Below, piece by piece: positions 1-6,997 of a stretch of DNA of 12,645 bases; position 1 is the stretch's first letter, and every line of letters begins with the position of its first letter. Source of the DNA: Myxococcota bacterium (lineage in GTDB: Bacteria > Myxococcota > UBA4151); the NCBI GenBank assembly GCA_036338695.1, contig JAYZBQ010000067.1, positions 1-12,645 on the forward strand. The letters are read 5' to 3'. A model generated the notes under the pieces. That model searched no databases. It saw only the letters and a list, made by a program, of their open reading frames with translations, and was not told the origin of the DNA. The translations under genes and the position numbers were made by a program.

Positions 1-577
1 TGCGGCGGCGCGCGCTTGCGCCACCGTCGGCGAGATTTCCTCGGCGCTTGAGCAGGTCTGGGGTCGCCACCAGGCGCAGACTCATGCCATCCGCGGCGTG
101 TACCGAGGAGCGCTTGAGCACGAGGGAGACGGCATGGCCGATATCATGGAGCGCGTGGACCGCTTCGCCAGCGCCCAGGGGCGCCGGCCGCGTATCTTGC
201 TCGCAAAGATGGGGCAGGACGGTCACGACCGAGGGCAGAAGGTCATCGCGACGGCGTTTGCCGACATGGGTTTTGACGTCGACATCGGCCCCCTGTTTGC
301 CACGCCGGCTGAGTCGGCGCGCCAAGCCGTAGAGAACGACGTCCACATCGTCGGCGTCTCTTCGCTCGCGGCAGGGCACCTCACCCTGGTCCCCGCGCTC
401 AAGAGCGCCTTAGCGGAGCATGGCCGGGAGGACATCTTGGTGGTCGTGGGCGGGGTCATCCCGCCACAAGATTACGACGCGCTTTATGCCGCCGGCGCGG
501 CGGCGATTTTTGCGCCCGGCACGGTGCTCAGTCGCGCCGCCGTGGATCTGATCGATCTGTTGGAACAGGGCGCGTGA
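1..577 (+). CDS. scpA: Methylmalonyl-CoA mutase, C-terminal part with cobalamin-binding domain (5'-truncated by the window edge)
   Basis: The frame is open from position 2 ([23 protein letters not shown]...) to TGA at 575-577, so the 98..577 ORF is only the tail of a longer gene. It contains [17 protein letters not shown] (DxHxxG B12-binding motif), [17 protein letters not shown] and [12 protein letters not shown], and is immediately followed by meaB. Confidence 0.95.
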   Translation, partial: AAARACATVGEISSALEQVWGRHQAQTHAIRGVYRGALEHEGDGMADIMERVDRFASAQGRRPRILLAKMGQDGHDRGQKVIATAFADMGFDVDIGPLFATPAESARQAVENDVHIVGVSSLAAGHLTLVPALKSALAEHGREDILVVVGGVIPPQDYDALYAAGAAAIFAPGTVLSRAAVDLIDLLEQGA

Positions 578-1524
578 ACCTCGACGCGCTCGTCGAGGGG
601 GTGCTCGCTGGGCGGCGCGCCGAGATCGGGCGCGCCATCACCTTGGTCGAGAGTCGGCAGGTCGATCATTTTGACGCAGCGGCTGAGCTGCTGCGCCGCC
701 TCGCTCCGCATGCTGGTGGGGCGCAGCGCATCGGGCTGACCGGCGTTCCGGGGGTGGGTAAGTCGACCTTTATCGAGCGCTTTGGCTTGTACGTGATCGA
801 ACAAGGTCACCGGGTGGCGGTGTTGGCGGTGGACCCGACGTCGAGCCGAACAGGCGGCTCGATCCTTGGGGACAAGACGCGCATGGAGCGCTTGAGCCGC
901 CACGACGCCGCCTTCATCCGGCCATCGCCTGCGGGGGCGACCCTCGGGGGCGTCGCAGCGCGCAGCCGCGAGGCGATGTTGATCTGCGAAGCGGCTGGTT
1001 TTGACGTGGTGATCGTCGAGACGGTCGGGGTGGGGCAGAGCGAGTGGGCGGTCTCTCAGATGACCGACGTCTTTGTCCTGCTTTTGCTCGCAGGAGCCGG
1101 CGATGAGCTCCAGGGTATCAAGCGCGGCATCATGGAGCTCGCCGACATCGTGGTGATCAACAAAGCCGACGGCGAGGGGGAGGCGGCTGCGCTGCGCGCG
1201 GTGCAGACCTTTCGCTCGGCGCTCAAGCTGTTGCACGCGCACGACGCCGCGTGGCGCCCGACCGTCCACGCCGCCTCGGCGCTGACGGGGCAAGGGCTCG
1301 AACAGACCTGGGCGCGCATCGGCGAGCACCGCGCCGCGCTCGAGGCCGAGGGGCTGCTTGCGGCGCGCCGCGCCGATCAGCGTGTGCGCTGGATGTGGGA
1401 CGCCGTCGAGGATCGCTTGGCGCAGCGCCTGCGCGCGGGCGCAGCGTACCAAGAGATCGAGGCGCAGGTGCGCGCAGGGACCCTGCCTCCGACGGCGGCG
1501 GCGCGCCAGGTCCTCGACGACTGA
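574..1524 (+). CDS. meaB: Methylmalonyl-CoA mutase-associated GTPase MeaB (ArgK/MMAA family)
   Basis: P-loop [53 protein letters not shown] and NKAD motifs. The GTG start overlaps the mutase TGA (GTGA, 574-577), indicating translational coupling. Confidence 0.95.
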   Translation: MNLDALVEGVLAGRRAEIGRAITLVESRQVDHFDAAAELLRRLAPHAGGAQRIGLTGVPGVGKSTFIERFGLYVIEQGHRVAVLAVDPTSSRTGGSILGDKTRMERLSRHDAAFIRPSPAGATLGGVAARSREAMLICEAAGFDVVIVETVGVGQSEWAVSQMTDVFVLLLLAGAGDELQGIKRGIMELADIVVINKADGEGEAAALRAVQTFRSALKLLHAHDAAWRPTVHAASALTGQGLEQTWARIGEHRAALEAEGLLAARRADQRVRWMWDAVEDRLAQRLRAGAAYQEIEAQVRAGTLPPTAAARQVLDD

Positions 1525-3120
1525 CTAGCCGATCGAGGCCATCAGCTTACCGATACCGACGGGCTCCATCGCCATGGCGCAGGCGAGCCCGCCGCCCATG
1601 GCGCCCATCACGCCGACTGCGCCGACCTCACAGCCCGAGAAGAAGAGGTTCTTGATCGGCGAGTGGGCGCGCAGGTGATCGCAGGCGTAGCGAGCGACGG
1701 TCGGCTCGATCCCGTAGATCGAGCCCTTCATCGGGCGCACGAAGTGTTCGGTGGTGATGGGCGTTCCGAGCTCGACGAAATCGAGCATCGGCTCCAGCTC
1801 GGGTAGGTGCGTGAAGAGCTGCTTGAGCAGCTGCTGGGTGAGGTTCGCCTTGAGCTCTTGGTAGGCTTCGTCGCGGTTGCGCCAGGGTTGGTCGAGCCAG
1901 CGCGTGAACAGGTCATAAGGGACAAAGGTCACCACCTCTCCGGTGTGGTGCTGCTCGACGCCGGGGTCGTGCTCTGGGTCCTTGAGCGAGGGAAAACTGG
2001 TGTAGAGCACCGGGCAGTGCGGCAGGGGCTCGCCTGCGCGGATGTCCCACAGCCCAGCCTCGCTGTCCCAGACGTCGTAGAACCATTTGTTGGCGGCGCC
2101 GGCGCCGGCGCGCCGGATGTCCCCCTTGAAGCCGAGGTAGAGGCACAAGTGCGCAGGTGCAGGGGTGAGCGCCTCGACCTCATCGCACCATGGACCGCGT
2201 GCGCTTGGTGGGAGCAAACGCTGAGCGGTACTCTGGATTCCCGCAGCCGAGACAATGCGCTTTGCGTGAATTTCTGAGCCGTCTTTGAGCCGAACGCCTA
2301 TGGCTGTTTTGCGCTCCATGAGGATCTCATCAACGTCCGCTCGTACCCGCGTCCAGCCGCCCGCCTTCGCCACCTTGCCCAGCAGCGCCTTGGCGATCGC
2401 CTTGGCGCCCCCCACGGGGTAGAAGGCGCCGTGCATAAAGTGTCGTGACACCAGCGCCTGAACGGCGAAGGCGGCGCGACTCGGCGGTGAGCCGTGGTAG
2501 CCCCACTGACCGGTCAGGACCTTCTGTAGCTTGACGTTGTCGGTGACCTCATCGAGCACCTCTTGCGCGGTTTTTTCAAACCCCTCTTGGGCGCCCGTGC
2601 TCATGCGCTTGCCCAGCGCCTTACCAAGCAGGTTGGGCTTGATGGCGCGTGACTTTAAGTACCCCTTCATGCCGCGCCCGACGGTCCGCACTCGCTCGAG
2701 GTATTCGTCGATCGCCGCTTCCTCGTCGGGGAAGGCTTCGATCAAGTGGGCGCGAAAGGCGGCGGCGTTGTCCGGAAAGTCGATGCGCAGGTCGGGGTAA
2801 TAGAACTCGTCGTAGACGCCGCCGAGGCTCGCCCACTTGAGCTCGCCGTCGGTGAGCGTCGTCAGCAGCCGCCCGAGCATGGACTTGGCGCTGACCTCGC
2901 CGATCGCGTGGACGCCGACGTCCCACTCGTAGGGCCCGCGCTTGAAGGCGTGGGTGAAGCCGCCTGGGACGTAGTGCTGCTCGAGCACGAGCACCTTTTT
3001 GCCGAGCTCAGCGAGCATGGCGGCGGTCGTCATCCCCCCCATGCCTGAGCCGATGACGATGACGTCAAAGGGGCCGTCTGGTCCCCCCTTTTTACTCCAG
3101 GGTTTCTCGCTGTTCGCCAC
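1525..3120 (-). CDS. FAD-dependent oxidoreductase of the phytoene desaturase / all-trans-retinol 13,14-reductase (RETSAT-like) family
   Basis: N-terminal dinucleotide-binding motif DVIVIGSGMGG...VLVLEQH..PGGFTH.F....EWDVGVH, plus FPSLKDP, GTPITTEHF...GSIYG and IKNLFFSG. The start is placed at GTG 3120 (MANSEKPW..., 531 aa) because GGAGG lies 5 nt upstream on the minus strand. The substrate is unknown. Confidence 0.85.
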   Translation of the reverse strand: MANSEKPWSKKGGPDGPFDVIVIGSGMGGMTTAAMLAELGKKVLVLEQHYVPGGFTHAFKRGPYEWDVGVHAIGEVSAKSMLGRLLTTLTDGELKWASLGGVYDEFYYPDLRIDFPDNAAAFRAHLIEAFPDEEAAIDEYLERVRTVGRGMKGYLKSRAIKPNLLGKALGKRMSTGAQEGFEKTAQEVLDEVTDNVKLQKVLTGQWGYHGSPPSRAAFAVQALVSRHFMHGAFYPVGGAKAIAKALLGKVAKAGGWTRVRADVDEILMERKTAIGVRLKDGSEIHAKRIVSAAGIQSTAQRLLPPSARGPWCDEVEALTPAPAHLCLYLGFKGDIRRAGAGAANKWFYDVWDSEAGLWDIRAGEPLPHCPVLYTSFPSLKDPEHDPGVEQHHTGEVVTFVPYDLFTRWLDQPWRNRDEAYQELKANLTQQLLKQLFTHLPELEPMLDFVELGTPITTEHFVRPMKGSIYGIEPTVARYACDHLRAHSPIKNLFFSGCEVGAVGVMGAMGGGLACAMAMEPVGIGKLMASIG

Positions 3121-3183
3121 GCTGTCCTCCGCAAGAGCGCCGCTACTGTGGGCGCAACCTCGTACAGACACAAGAGGCCACCA

Positions 3184-3214
3184 CTTGACGCGCTCGATGC
3201 CGGCCTGAGAAACC
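3184..3214 (+). promoter_or_regulatory. Putative promoter/regulatory motif upstream of paralog 1 (cTTGAC-N15-CTGAGA)
   Basis: TTGACG at 3185-3190 resembles a sigma70 -35 box. CTGAGA at 3205-3210 has identical spacing to the copy upstream of paralog 2. Confidence 0.45.
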
Positions 3215-3244
3215 AGCAGCCGTCGGTTTTTAAGGAGAGCGAGC

Positions 3245-6200
3245 ATGCATCGGCACCTCTGGATGGGTTTAGCGATTATGATCGCCTGCGGTGAGCAGGT
3301 GGTGGTGCGCGATCAAGTGGCGCTCTGCGGTAACGGCAAAATCGACGCCGGCGAGCAATGCGACGACGGCAACCGCGACCCGGGCGACGCCTGCACGGAC
3401 GGCTGCCAAGCAGCCTTCTGCGGCGACGGCATCCAACGCACCGACCTTGAGCTGGGTATGGACGGCGCCGAGGGCTGCGATGACGGCAACGACGTCGATA
3501 CCGACGGCTGCCTCAACACCTGCACCATGGCGGTCTGCGGTGACGGCGTGGTGCGCACCGACGTCAGCGAGGGCTTACCGGGCTTTGAAGCCTGCGACGA
3601 CGGTAACCGTGAGGAGACCGATGGGTGCCTCAACGGCTGCGTCCCGGCGCACTGCGGCGACGGCATCACCCGCACGGACTTGCAAGAGGGCGAGCTGGGT
3701 TATGAGGCTTGCGATGACGGCAACGATGTGGACACCGACGCCTGCTTGACCAACTGCCAAGCGGCGCGCTGCGGTGACGGTGTGGTCGGCCCGGGCGAGG
3801 GCTGCGATGACGGCAACGACGACCCGACCGACGCCTGCGCCAACTGCACGCCGGCGGGTTGCGGCGACGGGGTGATTCAAGAGGGCGAGCAGTGCGACGA
3901 CGGCAACGCGGACGAGACCGACGCCTGCTTGAGCAGCTGCGCCGCGGCGCGCTGCGGTGACGGGCAGCTGCGCACTGACTTAGAAGAGGGCGCACCAGGC
4001 TTTGAAGAGTGCGACGACGGCAACGGCGAGCAAGCCGACAGCTGCACGGCGGTGTGCGTTTTAGCGCGCTGCGGTGACGGGATTCATCGGCGCGACCTGC
4101 AGCCAGAACAACCGGGTTTTGAAGAGTGCGACGACGGCAACGACGCGGTCGGTGACGGCTGCTCGCCTGCGTGCACCATCGAGGTCTGCGGTAACGGGCG
4201 CGTCGATGAGGGCGAAGCCTGCGATGACGGCAACGACGTCGACCACGACGCCTGCACCTCCGGCTGCCGCACCGCACGCTGCGGCGACGGCATCCAGCGT
4301 AGCGACCTTGGACCCAACGACGAGGGCTACGAAGCCTGCGACGACGGCAACGTCGATTTTGGTGACGGCTGCACCCCGCAGTGTGCGCTCGAGCGCTGTG
4401 GCAACGGCGTGCTCGACCAGGGCGAGCAGTGCGATGACGGCAACGACGTCAACGTGGATCAGTGCACCACCGGCTGCCGCCGGGCGCGCTGCGGTGACGG
4501 CGTGCGCCGCACCGAGGGCGACAACCCAGAGGGCTGCGACGACGGCAACAACGTCGACGGCGACGGCTGCTCAGCGGTCTGTCAGATCGAGCGCTGCGGC
4601 AACGGCGTGCTCGACGAGGGTGAGCAGTGCGACGACGGCAACCAGATCGAGACGGACGCCTGCTTGTCGGGCTGCCGGCGCGCCCGCTGCGGTGACGGTG
4701 TGTTGCGGGCAGGGCTTGAGGAGTGCGACGACGGCAACCAGGTCGACACCGACGCGTGCCTTGCGGACTGCAGCGTGGCGCGCTGCGGCGACGGCAACGT
4801 CTGGGCCGGCCGAGAAGCCTGTGATGACGGCAACCGCGTGGACACCGACGGCTGCCGCAACGACTGCAGCGTCCAGCGCTGCGGTGACGGGGTCGTCGCC
4901 GTGGGCTTAGAAGCCTGCGACGACGGCAACCAAGACGACGCCGACGGCTGCCGCAACAACTGCGAGGTGGCGCGCTGCGGCGACGGGGTGACCCGGGCCG
5001 GTGTCGAGGGCTGCGACGACGGCAACCGCGTCGACACGGACGGCTGCTTGAACACCTGCGTGCTGGCGCGCTGCGGTGACGGCGTGGTGCGCGCCGGCGT
5101 GGAGAGCTGCGATGACGCCAACCAAGAAGACGCCGACGCCTGCCGCAATAGCTGCGTGCTGGCGCGCTGCGGCGACGGCGTGCGCAGGGTGGATATCGAC
5201 GCGGGTCAAGACGGTTACGAAGCCTGCGACGACGGCAACCAAGCGCAGACGGACGCCTGCCTGAACACCTGCGTGGTGGCCGCCTGCGGTGACGGTGAGG
5301 TGCGCGCCGGGGTGGAGGCTTGCGATGACGGCAACGAGGTTGAGACCGACGCCTGCCGCAACGACTGCTCGTCCGCTGCCTGCGGTGATGGCGTGGTGCA
5401 AGCGGGGGTTGAGGCTTGCGACGACGGCAACGAGATCGAGACCGACGCCTGCCTGAGCAGCTGCGCCGTGGCGCGCTGCGGCGACGCCTACGTCCAAGCC
5501 GGCGTCGAGACCTGCGACGACGGCAACCGGGTGCAGACCGACGCGTGCCTCAACGACTGCACCGCCGCACGCTGCGGCGACGGTCACCCGCGTGCAGGCG
5601 TCGAAGCCTGCGACGACGGCAACCAAGTCCAGACCGACGCCTGCCTCAACGACTGCACGGCGGCGCGCTGCGGGGACGGTCAGGTCCAAGCGGGCGTTGA
5701 AGCCTGCGATGACGGCAATCAGGTCCAGACCGACGCGTGCCTCAACACCTGCGTTGCGGCGCGCTGCGGCGACGGCCAGGTCCAAGCGGGCGTGGAGGCC
5801 TGCGACGACGGCAACCAAAACGATGCCGACGGCTGCGACAACACCTGCCGCATCACCACCACCACGCTCGCGCTCGGGTATAGGGTCTCGTGCATTCTGC
5901 GCTCAGGGATCCCGTATTGCATGGGCGACAACAACTACGGACAGGTCGGCGATGGGACGACGACGCGGCGCACTCGGCCCACGCAGGTGCGCAACCTCAC
6001 GGGCGTCACCCAGGTCGTGACCGGCTATTCCCACGCGTGCGCGCTCAAGTCCGATCGCACCGTTTGGTGTTGGGGTCGCGGTACTTACGGTCAGCTAGGC
6101 GATGGCAACACCGGCAACCACAGCACGCCGGTGCAAGTGAGTGGGCTCACCAATGCCGCCGAGATCTCGGCGATGGGGCACAGCACCTGCGCCCGCAAGA

Positions 6201-6910
6201 CCGACGGGCGCGTCTGGTGTTGGGGCTATAATCCCTATGGTAACTTAGGCGATGGCTCGACCACGCAGCGCAACGCGCCGGTTCAAGTCCAGACGCTCAC
6301 CATCGCCGTCCAAATTGACACCGGATACTATCACGCCTGCGCTCGAACGCAGGCGGGTCAGACCTGGTGCTGGGGTTACAATCGCCATGGCCAGGTCGGT
6401 GATGGAAGCACGTCAAACCGCTCGACGCCGCGGCGCGTCAGCAACGATTCGGGCTTCGTCGATATTGCCACGTCATATTATCATACATGCGCCCGCAAGG
6501 CGAACGGGACCGTCTGGTGCTGGGGTTACAACTACCAAGGGGTGCTCGGTGATGGCACCACGACCAACCGCTCCACGCCGCGCCAGATGCTCGACATCAG
6601 CGACGCCATTGATGTGACCGGTGCTGGCTATTTCAAAACCTGCGTGTTGCGGGCGGATCGTAGCATGTGGTGCATGGGGTATAACTACCAAGGGGCGCTC
6701 GGTGACGGCACCACGACCAACCGGTCGCGCCCAACGCGCGTGTCGGGGCTGAGCAACGTCCGGCACATGGCGAAGGGGCCGTCTGGCTACCATATGATGG
6801 CGACGACCATGAACAATGAGACCTACTCGTGGGGCTATAACTACCAAGGCGTGCTTGGGCTCGGCAACACCACCAGCTACCGGACACCGCAGCGCATCAG
6901 CGGCTTCTAG
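3245..6910 (+). CDS. Predicted lipoprotein (paralog 1): 25 myxobacterial Cys-rich (TIGR02232/DUF4215-like) repeats plus a C-terminal 7-bladed RCC1/BLIP-II-like beta-propeller
   Basis: RBS AAGGAG upstream; signal peptide MHRHLWMGLAIMIA-C15. Repeats span 3326-5848. Seven ~50-aa blades of the form HxCA....xVWCWGxNxxGxLGDG......P..V span 5867-6907. Confidence 0.9.
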   Translation: MHRHLWMGLAIMIACGEQVVVRDQVALCGNGKIDAGEQCDDGNRDPGDACTDGCQAAFCGDGIQRTDLELGMDGAEGCDDGNDVDTDGCLNTCTMAVCGDGVVRTDVSEGLPGFEACDDGNREETDGCLNGCVPAHCGDGITRTDLQEGELGYEACDDGNDVDTDACLTNCQAARCGDGVVGPGEGCDDGNDDPTDACANCTPAGCGDGVIQEGEQCDDGNADETDACLSSCAAARCGDGQLRTDLEEGAPGFEECDDGNGEQADSCTAVCVLARCGDGIHRRDLQPEQPGFEECDDGNDAVGDGCSPACTIEVCGNGRVDEGEACDDGNDVDHDACTSGCRTARCGDGIQRSDLGPNDEGYEACDDGNVDFGDGCTPQCALERCGNGVLDQGEQCDDGNDVNVDQCTTGCRRARCGDGVRRTEGDNPEGCDDGNNVDGDGCSAVCQIERCGNGVLDEGEQCDDGNQIETDACLSGCRRARCGDGVLRAGLEECDDGNQVDTDACLADCSVARCGDGNVWAGREACDDGNRVDTDGCRNDCSVQRCGDGVVAVGLEACDDGNQDDADGCRNNCEVARCGDGVTRAGVEGCDDGNRVDTDGCLNTCVLARCGDGVVRAGVESCDDANQEDADACRNSCVLARCGDGVRRVDIDAGQDGYEACDDGNQAQTDACLNTCVVAACGDGEVRAGVEACDDGNEVETDACRNDCSSAACGDGVVQAGVEACDDGNEIETDACLSSCAVARCGDAYVQAGVETCDDGNRVQTDACLNDCTAARCGDGHPRAGVEACDDGNQVQTDACLNDCTAARCGDGQVQAGVEACDDGNQVQTDACLNTCVAARCGDGQVQAGVEACDDGNQNDADGCDNTCRITTTTLALGYRVSCILRSGIPYCMGDNNYGQVGDGTTTRRTRPTQVRNLTGVTQVVTGYSHACALKSDRTVWCWGRGTYGQLGDGNTGNHSTPVQVSGLTNAAEISAMGHSTCARKTDGRVWCWGYNPYGNLGDGSTTQRNAPVQVQTLTIAVQIDTGYYHACARTQAGQTWCWGYNRHGQVGDGSTSNRSTPRRVSNDSGFVDIATSYYHTCARKANGTVWCWGYNYQGVLGDGTTTNRSTPRQMLDISDAIDVTGAGYFKTCVLRADRSMWCMGYNYQGALGDGTTTNRSRPTRVSGLSNVRHMAKGPSGYHMMATTMNNETYSWGYNYQGVLGLGNTTSYRTPQRISGF
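3326..5848 (+). repeat. Coding tandem array of 25 four-cysteine repeats (30-39 aa each)
   Basis: Translation gives CG(D/N)G-x(5-13)-E-x-CDD(G/A)N-x4-D-x-C-x(2-3)-C units. The last four start at 5477, 5573, 5669 and 5765, an exact 96-bp period. Confidence 0.95.
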
Positions 6911-6939
6911 CGCGCGCTGCAGCGAAGTGGCGGCGCGCC

Positions 6940-6974
6940 CTTGACCCTGGCGCGTGCCGACTGAGACAGTCGGC
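6940..6974 (+). promoter_or_regulatory. Putative promoter/regulatory motif upstream of paralog 2 (cTTGAC-N15-CTGAGA) overlapping an 8-bp inverted repeat
   Basis: TTGACC at 6941-6946 and CTGAGA at 6961-6966; TG-n-GACAGT could be an extended -10 with an 18-nt spacer. Inverted repeat GCCGACTG-aga-CAGTCGGC at 6956-6974. Confidence 0.45.
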
Positions 6975-6997
6975 CGCGACAGCGATGGAGGGCAGGC

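Noticed and set aside
484..1452. 322-aa minus-strand ORF
   Set aside because: It lies antisense to meaB and the end of the mutase, both well supported, and has no recognisable motifs.
3196..3240. TPP riboswitch suggested by TGCC...CTGAGA
   Set aside because: The downstream conserved elements (ACCUGAU, UAAU.CC.GCG.AGG) are absent, the region is too short, and the gene context is unrelated to thiamine.
3121..3246. N-terminal extension of the oxidoreductase to position 3246, as in the ORF track
   Set aside because: It would fill the divergent promoter region and overlap the paralog 1 start. GTG 3120 has a good GGAGG RBS and sits just before the FAD-binding motif.
6893..6910. C-terminal Phe (RISGF / RINGF) as an outer-membrane beta-barrel signal, or a MYXO-CTERM sorting tag
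   Set aside because: The C-terminus is the last propeller blade. There is no barrel-like domain and no hydrophobic helix with a basic tail.
6909..6924. Intrinsic terminator after paralog 1 (palindromes AGCGCGCGCT and CGCTGCAGCG)
   Set aside because: These are short GC palindromes with no loop or U-tract, as expected by chance at this GC content.
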